Made by a program: the position numbers and the translations under genes. 64,000 nucleotides of DNA from NCBI GenBank assembly GCA_964016885.1, contig OZ024741.1, positions 183,148,001 to 183,212,000 on the forward strand, written 5' to 3'. The first letter of the stretch is position 1. Each line of letters opens with the position of its first letter. The notes below the pieces were generated by a model that was given only the letters and a program-made list of their open reading frames with translations, made no database searches and had not been told where the DNA came from. Source of the DNA: Eledone cirrhosa (taxonomy: Eukaryota). Shown here one piece after another: positions 1 through 13,415 of the stretch.

Positions 1-364
1 GTGTATGTTATCTCCCTTTACGAGAGCCAGTACGTTGTTGACCAAACTGCTAGAAATGGCAGCCGAATCACACTATTGTCTTAAAAATCAAAGGATACGG
101 TGGATAAAGTAGTACTTGATACATCAGTTATGAAAAAAAAAAGAAAGAATAATAAATAAATTTGTTCAATCAAGGCTTATATGGAGCTAAACAGTAGCAA
201 CACTTAACTATGTTACCATAGTTAAGGTAAATTTGCATCCCTTAAAAATAACCTGAATGAATTGTCTATGCTTCAATGAAAAGATAAAATGAGTATGGAA
301 ACATGTCAAGTTACTTTTTTTGTACTTGGCTAAAGGATAAAAGAAATATTAGTCATTGAACTGT

Positions 365-1350
365 CATCATCATCATCATCATCCTCATCATCATCTTCCG
401 AATCCCACCTGGGAGGGTTGTTGGGGCAGAGTCCTCAAGGATGTCCCAATGGGTTCTGTCAGAAGCAACCATCTCCAATTAATACAGCTGGATCCCCAAG
501 CAAGACCAGCTGAGCTCATGAGTATTATCCCACCATCTTGCTCAGAGTCTACCGCTGAGTCTCATATGTGTTTTTGCCCTTAAAATCTATCCAGCGCTTT
601 TTTCCTGAGACATTCTAACCACATGCCCATAGTAACAGAGCTATGATTTCTTAATTTGGAGAAGTAGTGGCTTTACCTGGAGTGACTCTTTGATCTCCAA
701 GCTATGCACTCTACCGAGTAATGTTACTTTAGAGACCCTTTGGAGGAACCCTATTTTGGCCCCTTTTATTTGCGATTGTATTCTTTCAGTCATTACCCAA
801 GATTCATTACCATTGGTAAGGGTTGGCACATATACCAAATTGAAGATAGCGAGTTTGGCTTTTACACCTACCTCTCTTCTGGTTACTGGATGCTGAAGCT
901 GCACCAGCTCATGCTATTCTTGCACATAATTCAATCTCCTGCTCTCCATCACTCATGAACACAGCCTAAAGATACTTAGACTTCTCCATTCCCTTCAGTG
1001 GCACTCCATTCACATGTAGAGTGCACTATGCAGGCTTCCGTGAGAGGATGAGTGTCTCAGTCTTCGCAGCACTTGGCTGCAAACATATCAAATTTCCCAT
1101 TGGAAATCACTTTCTGACAAGTTAAGTAATACCATGTAATCTGCAAATTCCAACTGACTGATCCTAGACCCACCAGTCTGATACCATTTCCAGCCTGGCT
1201 GCACATGTCCATCTTGTCCATGAAGATTATGATTAGGAGAGGTGACAGTAAGCGTGCTTGACAGAATCCGACTCCCACATTAAATGGTTTCAACTTTGCT
1301 CCATTTATCTAAACACAAATACTAGGGCATTTGTATGGAGACATTGCTGT
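365..1350 (-). mobile_element. Degenerate RTE LINE (Rex3/Expander-like), 3' part
   Basis: Peptides KPFNVGVGFCQARLLSPLLIIIFMD (RT) and KAKLAIFNLVYVPTLTNGNESWVMTERIQSQI (post-RT); (ATG)n tail at about 365-395; stops and frameshifts. Confidence 0.85.
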
Positions 1351-1363
1351 ACATGTGTGTGTA

Positions 1364-1400
<37 letters not shown>

Positions 1401-1406
<6 letters not shown>

Positions 1407-4400
1407 ACGTCATGTCTAGTGTTATAAATAATGGGATTGATGAGTTAATATCTGTATAGAGCAACTACAACGGTATGCGATGGGGCCCACCCACAGTCCC
1501 GGTGGACAGAATGGAGAAGCATTTCCTCAGAGGACGGCAAGGGAGACGCGTTGGACGGGGCTCACACCTGCGGCTGGCCAGCTTAGCGCCTATGGTGGTG
1601 AGTAAGGAGGTAGCCCTGGAGCCGAGGACACCAGAAGTCTCCATGCCAGGGGTACGACCACAAACCTTTTGGAGAGCGGCCGGTATTTGAGGAGTTTGGC
1701 CCCCTCAGCCCGACATGCAGCAGAACCTGGGTCAGTCGCAAACAATTTTTCTTTGCAGAAAAAGAAGAAATTTCAACAAAAGATGTCGCATCTCAGGGTT
1801 GCCACACTTAATGTTGGCACCCTGACTGGTAGATCTGGTGAAATAGTGGAGATGCTAGAGAGAAGAGATGTGGATGTATGCTAGGCGCATGAGGTGCGAT
1901 GGAGAGGTGCCTCAGCAAGACTAATCGCAAGCAAACATCTTAGTTATAAGCTTTTCTGGGTAGGTAATGATGATGGGTTAGGTGGGATAGGCATCTTACT
2001 GGCCGAGAGGTGGATCAATAAGACAATAGAGGTAGTTAGAGTCAGTAATAGAATCATTAAGATTAGATTAGTTGTAGGCAAGAGACTGCTGACAATCATC
2101 TCTACCTATGCTCCCCAGGTGGGCCCAGGTAAAGAAGAGAAGGACAGCTTTTACGAGCAACTTTTAGAAACAACCATAATGACAGAGGACAGAGACATAG
2201 TTATACTAGCAAAGGACTTCAATGGTCATGTTGGACAGCTCCAGGATGGATACACTGGGGTACATGGTGGTCACGGCTATGGCTCAAGAAACAAAGGAGT
2301 GAGGCTTCTTGAATCTTGTGCTGCAAGTGCACTAACCATTTGCAACACTAACTTCAAGAAACCTACCAATTAGGCGAGCACATAAGCCAGATTGACTTCT
2401 TGCTAGTTAGGCAACGAGACAGACAGATGGTGCCAAATACTAAGGCATACCCCGGGGAAGAATGTAACCCCCAACATAAGTTAGTCGTTAGTGACATCAA
2501 AATAAGCAAGATACAAAATGAGACATACAGGAAAGTGTGGAAAAGGAAGGTCTGGAAGCTAAAAGACCTGTCACTAAAATATAAATTTAGGAAAACCCTT
2601 CAAGATGTGTATGACGAAAAAGAAGACGAGTTAGAATTGTATGACATAGATAATAACTGGAATTTCTTACATGACAACTTACTGCAGGCTACTGAAGAAA
2701 CTTGTGGTTGGAGCTCTGCTCCAACCACAAGTTTCTTCAGTAGCCAGAGGGTGACCTGGTGGTGGAACAGCACAGTAGATAGGGCCATTAAAGACAAAAG
2801 ACTAGCATGGAAGGCTTGGAAAAATGGTGGGAGTAGAGAAGGATACACAGCTGTTAAAAGAGAAGCTAGACGTCAGGTGTACTTAGCACGCAGGGAGGCT
2901 GAGAGTAGGAGGTTTACCAATGTTCTGTGATAGGAAGATCAGAGATGTGCGGTGTTCCGCATTGCAAGGCAGTGTGTCAGTGTAAATCAGGATGTTGTTG
3001 GAGATAAGTGTGTCCAAAATGATGCTGGTGTACTTAGTGTCACTAATGATCAGAAAAAGGAGGCTTGGAAAATGTCATTATGAGAGACTGATGAATGTGA
3101 AGAACTAATGGGAGAGAGAGAAGCTACCTCCAGTAGACCCAACAGAGAGACCAGCTTTTGAGATTGACGACTATAAGGTCCAAAAGGCAATTAGGGAAAT
3201 GAAAAGGGGTAAGGCCGCTGGACCATCGGGGATAGTTGCTGAGATGCTGAAGGCATTAGGGGACGTAGGCACTAAACTGGTTGCATGCATCATCAATCAA
3301 GCTATATGGCAGAGTCATACCCAAAGACTGGTGCAGCAGTATTCTCATAAATTGCTACAAAGGTAAAGGGGATGCTCTGGAGAGGAGCAATTAAAGGGGC
3401 ATAAAACCGATGGATCAGGTTATGAAAGTGGCAGAAAGAATACTAGCGCAACTAATTAAAGAAAGGGTGAAATTAGATGAGATGCAGTTTGGTTTTGTGC
3501 CTGGGAAAAGTACAACAGATGCCCTCTTCTTAGTGAGGCAACTACAAGAGAGGTTCTTAGAGAAGAATAAGCCACTACACTTAGCTTTTGTTGATCTAGA
3601 GTACCCTGATCTGTCATCTGGTGGTCCCTAAGGAAACTAGGTGTAGAGGAATGGCTTTTTAGGACAGTGCAAGCTATGTACAGGGGTGCTGTCAGTAAAG
3701 TGAAAGTAGAAATGGAGTTTAGTGAGGAATTCCAGATACAAGTAGGAGTACATCAGTGTTCGGTCCTCAGCCTGCTCTTGTTCATTATAGTCCTCCAAGC
3801 CATAACAGAGGAGTTTAAGACGGGCTGCCCATGGGAACTTCTCTATGCTGACGATCTGGTACTTATAGCAGAATCAGTAGAGGAGCTAGAGAATAAATTC
3901 TGGCTATGAAAACAGCAGTTGGAATCAAGAGGACTGAGAGTGAACCTAGCTAAGACTAAAGTGTTGATAAGTAGAAAAGAGGACAAAACTCTGATTCCAT
4001 CAGGGAAATGGCCATGTTCGATATGTAGAAAAGGAGTTGGCATAAATTCTATAAAATGTACACAATGCAGATCTTGGGTACACAAGAGATGTAGTAGGAT
4101 AGCAGGCAAACTAACAGGTAGGGAAAACAACATATGCAGTATATGTACAGCGAAATTTGACAGTAGAAGTCACAGTGATAGACACATTTTTCAAATCCAG
4201 GTAGGATCTATAGAAGTGGTTGATAGCTTCCTGTACCTAGGTGATCAGATTAGCAAGAGAGGAGGGTGCTCCTATTAGCTAGAATAAGGATGGGCTGGAA
4301 GAAGTTTAGGGAGCTGCTTCTTCTGTTGATAAAGAAGGGTTTCTCCCTGCGTACGAAAGGCCGGTTGTATGATGCCTGTGTGAGATGCGTGATGCTGCAT

Positions 4401-4831
4401 GGTAGTGAGACATGGGCGGCAACCGCAGAGGATATGCGACAGCTGGAGAGAAATGAAGCAAGCATGCTCCGTTAGATGTGTAATGTCAATATGCGTGAAT
4501 GACCAAGCATAGATCAGTTGTGAGAGAAACTGTGTATAAGAGGGATAAATTGTACTGTGCAGGAGAGAAGACTGCATTGGTATGGACATGTGATGCACAT
4601 GGAGGATGATTGCTGGGTAAAGAAGTGCCAAAAAATCCCAGTAGAAGGAAGATGCAGTAGAGGTAGACCACGTAAAACATGGGCGGAGGTGGTGAGAACT
4701 GACCTCAGATCGCTGAAGCTCTTGGAGGAGATGATGAAGGACCGTGACAAGTGGAGAGATGTTGTGCTGAATAGGACCCGTCCCACACTTGTAAGCAGGG
4801 AAAAGCGGACGTAAAATGATGATGATGATGA
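1401..4831 (+). mobile_element. Near full-length, inactivated RTE LINE: 5' UTR, APE endonuclease, RT, PHD-like finger, (ATG)n tail
   Basis: LRVATLNVGTL, YAPQVG, DFNGHVG (APE); QFGFVPGKSTTDA, LAFVDLE, GVHQCSVLS, LLYADDLVL (RT); C4HC3 motif at about 4010-4150; MLHGSETW and RLHWYGHV; 3' end GGGAAAAGCGGACGTAAAATGATGATG. Multiple stops and frameshifts. Confidence 0.95.
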
Positions 4832-4841
4832 TATATATATG

Positions 4842-5160
4842 TAAAGAAACACCCCATTGATCCAATACTCCTAGAACTTTCCACAACAGGTTCCATGGAA
4901 CATGGTCATATGCCTTTTTGAGGTTTCTGAAACAAGCATACACCTCTTGGCAATACTTTTGTTGGCTATGTTGTGTCTCTGGCAAAAACCATACTAGCTT
5001 GGACTCAACAATATCCCAACATCTCTTTGCCAGACATTTAGCATAAACTTTACTGGGATGGCTTAACAAGAAGATTCCTCTATAATTGGAGCAATCTCTC
5101 TTGTCTTTCTTTTTGAAAATTGGGATTATGACTCCCAATAGGTTTCAGTCACTAGGCATT
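4842..5160 (-). mobile_element. RTE LINE (Rex3-like) RT N-terminal fragment; upstream part of the 365-1350 element
   Basis: GVIIPIFKKKDKRDCSNYRGIFLLSHPSKVYAK...LKKAYDHVPWNLLWKVL, colinear with the fragment that resumes at about 1350. Confidence 0.85.
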
Positions 5161-5289
5161 CGTCAATCCAAGGCTATATTGGAAGGTGCCACACTGTACA
5201 ATTGAATCTTAAACCATGTGGTTGCGAAGTGAACTCCTTAATCATACAGCCAAGCCTGCACCTATTTTTGATGATTTGTTTTTAGTAAT

Positions 5290-5715
5290 TATGTAAATTA
5301 GGTGTGGAAGAGGGTGTTCTGAGAATAGGGTGTAAAAAGTTCAGAGCTCTACTCCCGCTGTTAAAAGCAAAGGAATTTTCTTTCTGAGCAAATGGGAGAT
5401 TATATGATGGCTGCATGCAAAATGCAATACTGCATGGTAGTGAGGCATGTGCATTTTGTGCAGCAGATATGCAAAAATTAGAAAGAAATTAGGCTAGCTC
5501 TGTTGGATGTGTCACATTAGTATGTAGAGTTTCTTGCAGAAGAAAGCTTCAGAAGAAGAAGACGAAGAAAAACCTGAGTAGAAGTGGTGAAAACTAAACC
5601 TAACAGAGGAGATAAGTAAGGAAAACAACAAGTGGAGGAAAGCTCTGCCAGAGAAAATCCATCCAACACATGCAAGCAGGGAAAAATCAACCTAAAATTA
5701 ATGATGGTGATGACA
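5290..5715 (+). mobile_element. Highly decayed RTE 3' fragment
   Basis: DNA similarity to 4250-4830 (CTGCATGGTAGTGAG, TGCAAGCAGGGAAAA, ATG-type tail). Confidence 0.75.
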
Positions 5716-6679
5716 TGTATATATACAGATACAAATATTAAGGCCTAAAAATAACAACTATAGAAATATATATCTATATAAGTATTTATAAAATACATCA
5801 TTGTAGCGACTTTCCTTAACACATATGCAAAATAAAATTAAAATCGGTATTCAGGCCAGACAACAGTTTATGGACATAAGCAAACTCATGCATTTCCAGT
5901 GTTCTTTTTTACACTTGGAAAAGTTTCCATCTGTCTTTATATAACGTTCTATTCTTATTGTATTATAGGTGGGAAAAAACTAACATTCATAAATGCACAT
6001 ACCCCCCCCCCCCCCCTCTCACACACACATACAATATATGTATTTATGAGGTAAATATCAACATCTGCTTCAAACATACTAAAGAAGTTTGTTCAGACAC
6101 TTTCTAAACATCAGACAATTGATGATTTTAAAAAAGATGGAACTGAAATAAACTATATGTGAAAGTTCAGGTGTTTGAAGGAAAAATTCTTTAGGAACTC
6201 TCAGAGAAATCCTCCATTTCTATTGTGGCAATGGATAGGTGCTACTACCACCTATTCCTCATTCAACTCCTTTGACTGTAAGAACTGTTACTGTAAACTG
6301 CTGATAAGGGTGTCAGATCTAGATCTAATATTAGGCCCTATAGCTTGTCCTTTAACTTTCACATCAAATATAATTTGTACTAGATAAATAACTCTTAATG
6401 CACTAGGAGTGTATGCACATACATTAGATGGTGGGGATCTTCCATCGATTACCCTCATATTTAATTACCTCCACAATTCAGGGGCCATCTGCAGTTTCCA
6501 ATTCTATTTCCACCTACATATATAAAAAAAAGGTAAAGGGCCTTTAACTCCGGACTGAGTCATAGAGGTGCCATTCCGAGACTCGGCATCTTATCTACAT
6601 ATACAATAGGAATATATAATACAATGATATTAATGCAAAACATACTATCTTCAAGATAGTGTGTTTACACTAGTATATA

Positions 6680-7280
6680 TATCATCATCATCACTGTTTA
6701 ATGTCCATTTTTCCACACTAGCATGGGTTAGACGAGTTGTCCTGTTGTGAGAAATGCTAGGTCTGGTGACCATGTCTTGTTCATACCGAACTGATTTTGG
6801 CTTGGTTTCTATAGCTGGATGCCCTTCCTAATGCCAACCACATTTACAGTGAGTACTGGATACTGTTGTGACACCTACATGACCACTTTACAATGTGGAC
6901 TGGGTACTTTTTGTTGTGACACTTACATGACCACTTTATAGTGTAGGCTGGGGGCCTCAATAGATGTATGCTTCAGCCTGTCTTCATGGGAGGTGTATGG
7001 AAGAGTGGAGTGGTGCATACTATATGTATGCTTCAGTGTCAGCTTGTGCCCATGGGAAGGCAGTTCTGTATTTCTGCATAACACCAGAGATCTCGGTCCT
7101 GTGTCATCATCTTTGTGAGGTGCAATTGAGCAAGGTCAGCTTTTATCACCTCCTCCCAAGTCTTCCTAGGTCTCTCCACTCCATGGCTTCCATCAATTTT
7201 GAGCGCTCTGCACCTTTTTATAAAGCTGTCATCCTTCATACGCATCACATGTCCATACCAATGCAATCTCCTCTCCTGCA
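6680..7280 (-). mobile_element. RTE 3' fragment ending in a SINE-like 3' module
   Basis: QERRLHWYGHVMRMKDDSFIKRC; AGGAAGGGCATCCAGC domain; (ATG)n tail; parallels 59034-59600. Confidence 0.8.
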
Positions 7281-7298
7281 ATATATATATATATGTAT

Positions 7299-7390
7299 AT
7301 AATTACATAATAAACAACACAATATAATTATTTCATTACCGAAAGTTTCAAAATGAAATAATTATATTGTGTTGTTGATTATGTAATTAA
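7299..7390. repeat. Fold-back inverted repeat with a truncated hammerhead half
   Basis: Arms of about 39 bp (TAATTACATAATAAACAACACAATATAATTATTTCATT and its near complement). Downstream 7351-7440 resembles 44690-44790. Confidence 0.75.
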
Positions 7391-7659
7391 ATAGCTCTGT
7401 ACTATACATAGAGCACTCTTCTTTCCTTTACCTTTTCTATGGAAATATTTAACATGCACACACGCACACACATGCATATGTATATATATATATATATAAC
7501 ACAGTAAAGAGAGATGAACACAGATATATAACTATAAGTGTTCAAATCACAAGGGACAGAAACCGCCAAGGTGAAGAAAATACTGACTAAAAATAATATG
7601 TATATATATAAATAAAATAACAGGAGGCTGGACTGATGTAAATCCTTGAAAGGTTTATT

Positions 7660-7717
7660 ATACTATGATCATTTCAATGACCGGGTTCCATATGAATCCG
7701 GTGATATCATCAGGCAT
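7660..7717 (-). ncRNA. Type I hammerhead ribozyme (family A)
   Basis: atgc-CTGATGA-tATCACCGGATTCatatgGAACCCGGTCATt-GAAA-tgatca-TA-gtat: intact core, long stem II, palindromic stem III. Confidence 0.75.
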
Positions 7718-8261
7718 TGGAATATAACAAAGGAATATGTAAAAAACCATGGGTCCGAAAAATCAGAGACAGAGACAAAGAGGAAGACTGACCAACTAGC
7801 TGCTTTCACCTCGGCCAGTCGCCCTCAAAGTGGTGGCAACTCAATCCACTAATGACCATCTGGTGAGGGCGCGAAGGCTTATAATGCACTACCACCTCTC
7901 CGTCAAAGAAAAAGAAAGAAAGGAAGAAAGAAGAAAAGAGGAAGAAAGAAGTCAGCGTAAGGGTCACACTACAGTCATGCTAGAAAACGCCACGAAAAAT
8001 GCTACTCCAAAGAATCTATATTTAACAAAGGCATATATAATGGGTGTCTGTATGGTCTAATGTGTGAACCGAATAACAAGATATATATAGAATAATTAAT
8101 ATGTAAGCAAATATACTTACTTTAAGATGGTAACTTAGCCTATAGTGCTTTAGACAGATCTCTTTCTGGAAATAAAATAAGAAAAAGATGCAAACCACTG
8201 ATCTTAGTAGTTAGTATCAATCCCCAATTATCGATTTTGGTAATAAGCATCTTAAGACCAT

Positions 8262-8512
8262 GAGTTCCTTCATTGGTAAGGTTAGGCCTTCTATATATAT
8301 CTCATATTGCACAAATTTCAAGTCAGCTGCTCAGGGGAGAATTTTGAAATGTACTCCACATGGTGTTAAAATAACATTTAACAGAAGGGCAGATATTACA
8401 GGACAGGCTATAAGGGATGCTAAAAATAGCATTCTTCCCTGGGCAGGTGACTAGTAATTTTGTGCAATGTGAAATATATATAAAAGACCTAACCTTATTG
8501 ATGAAGGAAATC
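8262..8512. repeat. Diverged inverted repeat (arms about 55 bp)
   Basis: 8262-8318 is the approximate reverse complement of 8457-8512. Confidence 0.7.
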
Positions 8513-9529
8513 ACACATACACACACACATACACATGGTTTTCTTTTTTGTCTAATAATAGTTAGATGTTATCAATACTCATGAATTGGGGTGCACTCAC
8601 ATGACTATGTTAAGGATATGACAGTGTTTATATTATAAAGTAGAAATATTTACTCCAGACTGGAAAGGAATGGAAGACAGTAAATAATGTTCATACGGCC
8701 TAGGAAAAGATGGAGAAAAGAAGTGATAGAGTAAGCCCTTGAGATCTATTCTGACATCTTGTAGTTATTCTGATGGTTGGATGTTATAAATACTTATATT
8801 AATGACCATACATCCTCAGACAATGTAATTGCAGCTTTTTTCCTTCTATTTAAAGGAAGCTGTGTGGTTTGCAAACCTTAATTTGAATGACCCTTCTTTT
8901 ATTCCAATATATTTTTAGTGTTAGTTACTCCAAGATTATCTACAGATACCTCTGATTTATACTCTATAGCCTTGTGTTGCAGACTTGTTTCAGTAGATAT
9001 GCCACTGCATTCCTATATGTGCATGTCTCAGTTTTATGCATTGTTAATTTTCATGTGATTATGGTTTTGATATTTCATGTACTATTGTATGTTACTTTCA
9101 AATTTATCATCATCATCATGTGTGTATATATATGTATACTTTCCACAATAGACTACTAGTATATGCATACACACATCCACTCAATAGATTTATCTCAATG
9201 ACTTGTACATGGTTAGATCTAGGTAATGTCTACTCTATGCAAATGCCTCTATTAAAACATGTTTGCTTGTTTACAGTTTGGAATCTATGAGTGAATTGTA
9301 AAAATTGCAGTATGACACAGCTGCATTCCAAGAAATAAATTCACTGAAGTGTATCAGAAATTAGCCAATAATCCAGACAAAAACTCAATTGTCTTGTAAG
9401 GATTGGAAAAACTAGTGAAATCGCTGAGTCAAACTCCTTTAATAACCAATAGCAAATAATTGAATCTTCTGCTTCAGTTTACTCCCATGTTGGATTGTTG
9501 GTTTGTTGGCTGGCTGATTGACTTGTAAT

Positions 9530-9740
9530 TCAATAATGTTGATGTTATTGTTGTTGTTGTTGTTGTTATTATTGTTGACGTCATGACCATGATCTTCAAG
9601 CTCTTCTTCTTCTTCCCCCTTCTGCTCATTTCCCACCACTACCCCATTACTCCCATACAACCACCAGCATTACCACTATAACTGCTACTGCCACTGCTGC
9701 TTTCACCACCACCACCACCACCACCACCACCACCACCACC

Positions 9741-9773
<33 letters not shown>

Positions 9774-10065
9774 TATAACATGTTCAGTACTGTTATCATC
9801 ATTGTTACAATCAGCAACAGTAGTTGCAGCTTCTTCATTCCTCTCTGTATTACGATCATCACTATTATTATCATCATTATCATCACCATTATCGTTGTCA
9901 TCCTTGCCATCACTCCACCTCCCAATTACTGCTTCAATCACCATCATTGTCTTACCATCATCATTATCAGTATCACCATTATCACCATCACTATCATGAC
10001 CACATGACCATCATTTCCATCACACACACACACACATGCACCTATATATACATATCATCATCATT
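9530..10065. repeat. Compound trinucleotide low-complexity tract (TTG, ACC, AAC, ATC)
   Basis: Direct inspection. Confidence 0.85.
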
Positions 10066-10497
10066 TTATGTCTGCTTTTCCTTGCTTGCAAGTGTGGGAC
10101 GGATTCTTTTCAGCACAGCATCTCTCCATTTGTCGCGGTCCTTCATCATCTCTCTGTGAGCTTCAGCGATCTGAGGTCAGCTCTCATCACCACATCCGCC
10201 CATGTTTTTTGTCTTCTTCCTCTATTGTGTCTTCCTTCCACTGGGCACATCTTCACCCAGCGGTCATCTTCCATGTGCATCACATGGTCATACCGACGCA
10301 GTCTTCTCTCCTGCACACGACAGTTTATCCCTCTTATACACAGTTTCACTCGCAATTCATCTATGCTTGGTCATTCATGCACATTGACATTGCACATCCA
10401 CAAGAGCATGCTTGCTTCATTTCTCTCCAGCCATCACATATCCTCCGCAGTTGCTGCCTATGTCTCACTACCATGCAGCACCATGCATCTCGCACAG
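10055..10497 (-). mobile_element. RTE 3' fragment
   Basis: Reverse-complement match to 4380-4830; KLCIRGINCRVQERRLRRY. Confidence 0.9.
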
Positions 10498-10751
10498 ATG
10501 AGCAGGGAACCAGAATCTTGCTTACATACAACCCTGCACTCTATTATTGAGTGCATTTTATCATGATGCCAGCACTATGAAAGCCATCATGTCTTTGACA
10601 CAACCGAAGGGTCTTCTTGGTCCTTTTTTAGCATGGTTTTTACTGTGGGATACCCTTCCTATCACCAGCCATAGATGTGTGGCTTAGTGGTTAGGCTGTT
10701 CAGCTCATGATTGTAAGGTTGTGTGTTTGATTTTTGATTCCTGACTTTTTG

Positions 10752-10812
<61 letters not shown>

Positions 10813-11419
10813 CATCATCATCACTGTTTTACGTCCATTTTTCCATGCTAATATATATATTTATATATATGCGTGTACATATATTTTTTGATAAAAGTGA
10901 CTGAATGCACCAGTATCCATCTTCCAGTATGTCACCACTATTATGTATTATCTGTTAAACCCTCACACTAACAACTTTGTCTAATTCTTTTTCCCTAGAA
11001 TATCATCTCTATAGAATTTATTTCTTGCTTACAGTTGTCAACTTACAGATGTATAAGCTGATGATCTAACCAGTCTTTAAGGATTTACTGAAGATCATGG
11101 TTATCATTTCTCCTCCAAATTCCATCAGCTTTGCCATTAACCCTTTGAGAGTTGATGAAATATATATAATAATATATTGTAATTGCTATCATTGACTATT
11201 GACTCTTAGTGTCCTGTGCCACATGAAACCACATTAGTAAGACATTCTTGAGAAGTATAAAACAGCACTGGTTGCATCATATTAAAAATTAAAGTCTCTA
11301 GTGAACATACTATTACACATTTGATTTAACAAATAAATTTTGAATAAATAAACTCGTTTTTAGATTCTACTAAACCATTGCAGGATGTTATGGATTAATA
11401 TCATTATTATAATTTTTAG

Positions 11420-12220
11420 AGTGCAGTGGAATTGCAGAATTGATAGAGCATCGAACAAAATGTTTTGCTGTATTTACTTATGGCCCATTACGTTCTGAGT
11501 TCAAATTTTGCCAAGATCATCTTTGCTATTTATCCTTCTGGGTTCGATAAAACAAAATGCCAGTCAAATACTGGGGTATATCTAATTGACTAACTCTTTC
11601 CCACAAATTTCTGACATTGTGCATATTTTAGAAACGATTGCTAAACCCCACCTTTTACTCACTGTGTCTTGTCTGTTGTTTTCTTATGTATTTCCATTTT
11701 ATATTGTCCTATGGTGAATAAAAGAAATTATTATCATTATTGGATTGGCAGTATCAGTAGAGCATCAGACACCATGCTTTACAGCATAGAGTTATGACCC
11801 TTTACCTTCTGTGTTCAAATCCTGATGAAGTTAGCTTTGCCTTTCATCCTTACAGAGTTGATAAAATAAAGTACCAGTAATGCACTGGGGTCAATCTAAT
11901 CGACTTTCCCTTCCTTCAAAATTGTTGGCTTTGTGCCAAAATCAGAAACCTTTGTTATTGTTGTTGTTATTATTATTGGAAGGGCAGTGCATTGGCAGTA
12001 TCGGTAGAGTGTCGGATGCCATGCTTTGCAGTATAGAGTTATGGCCCTGATCTGAGTTCAAATCCCACTAAGGTTAACTTTGCCTTTCATCCCAAGTATC
12101 AGTCAAGTACTGGGGTTGATATAATTGTCTTTTACCTTCTCATAAATTGTTGGTCTTGTGTCCAAATTAGAAATCACCATCATTATTATTATTATCATTA
12201 TCATCATCATCATTATTATT
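11420..12220 (+). mobile_element. Three tandem tRNA-derived SINEs with a Meta-like central domain
   Basis: Units at about 11420-11640, 11740-11950 and 11981-12175, each with A/B-box-like head (GAGTTCAAAT) and a GCCTTTCATCC(...GATAAAATAAAGTACCAG)-type domain; ATT-rich tails. Confidence 0.8.
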
Positions 12221-12808
12221 CTGTTCTTAACATCCCTTTGCAAATTTATACTGAAAAATGGGGTATCATTAATATTTAGTAGTTTTTATGTTATTACATT
12301 TTATTATTTTGATGTTATAATGTACTACAGAATGAAGCTATAGGTTTCAGCCAATATTGTAAATATAAATTAAGCTTAACCAAATGTATGCTACTGCCAT
12401 AAACAAGTGTCTTTTTATACAATCAGTATCAGTAAACAGAAAAAGGGAGATCAATTGGACCAGTTTCAGTTTTCAATAAGATTTCATAAGTACCTGATTA
12501 CTCATTCAAAACTGTCTATAGGGATACAATATTTATAACCAATATTATTAAGCACTTCATTAAACTGATTACACCAATTTGCATAAATAATGCATAATTA
12601 GCAGCTAGTAAAACTAATATCCTACTGAAATGCTAGCAATGTTTGTTTTTGATGTTATGATGTAAGATAGAATAAGTCTATAGATTTCAGCTGATACTGT
12701 GTGTGTAAAGGACATCTAATTAAATATAATGGACAGTTGTAAACAACTGTCATTTTATACAATCTCAATGTGGACAAACAGAAGGATCATCTATATATAA
12801 TTTTATAA

Positions 12809-12860
12809 GGCTTTCCTGATGATTTCTTTCGCATGAAACAGTTCTAGTCCTGTAGAAGCC
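12809..12860 (+). ncRNA. Type I hammerhead ribozyme, partly decayed (family B)
   Basis: ggctttc-CTGATGA-tttctttcgcat-GAAA-cagttctagtcctg-TA-gaagcc: core intact, stems I and III pair, stem II degraded. Confidence 0.6.
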
Positions 12861-13379
12861 ATTTCTATATTAAATTTGATGTTTACACTTTACTAATCTA
12901 TTGAGTACCTTACTTACTGTGGTTACATTGGTTGAACCTGGGACTCACATATAATTCTATATATATATATTTATATGTGTGCGTCGATTAAAAAAAAATC
13001 TAGGGTCTATTTATTTTTATCACTTAGTCAGAGGAGAAAGGGAAGTTAGCGCCCATAATAATTTCCAGGGTTTACAAAACTGGTAGGAGAAAAAGGAGAA
13101 GTTACCCTAAGATTGGATAACTGGCTCAAATGTTTGCAATAGAATGAACTCTGCTAAAGGCACCTAAGAGCTATGTGGTTGAGTTAATCTAGACAACAGA
13201 TTTAATCTACCACCAAGATACAGGTTCAGTCCTTCTGATGAGCTTTCACATAGTTTCCTTCTACCAAATTTTACTCACACAGCTTTGGTTGACCTGAGGC
13301 TATGGTAGCAGACACCTTCATGAGATGCCATGCAGTGTGGTTGAACTCAAAACCATAGTTTATATGCAACCTACAATTT

Positions 13380-13415
<36 letters not shown>

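Noticed and set aside
1401-1780. Possible ribozyme in the RTE 5' UTR
   Set aside because: I could not fit an HDV-like or hammerhead fold by eye.
4275-5138. 287-aa minus-strand ORF
   Set aside because: Chimeric read-through from an old RT fragment into the antisense strand of the nested RTE.
6160-6510. Coding-like composition on the minus strand
   Set aside because: Stops in the frames examined and only vague resemblance to a LINE ORF1; cannot be assigned.
8260-8454. 64-aa ORF between inverted repeats
   Set aside because: Short, with no recognisable motif.
9439-10159. Several ORFs rich in Gly, Asn, His or Ile
   Set aside because: They are translations of trinucleotide repeats, open in many frames, with no domain or splice support.
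11058-11110. CTGATGA motif (also at about 13235, 14808, 57915 and 58441)
   Set aside because: No properly placed GAAA and pairable stems.
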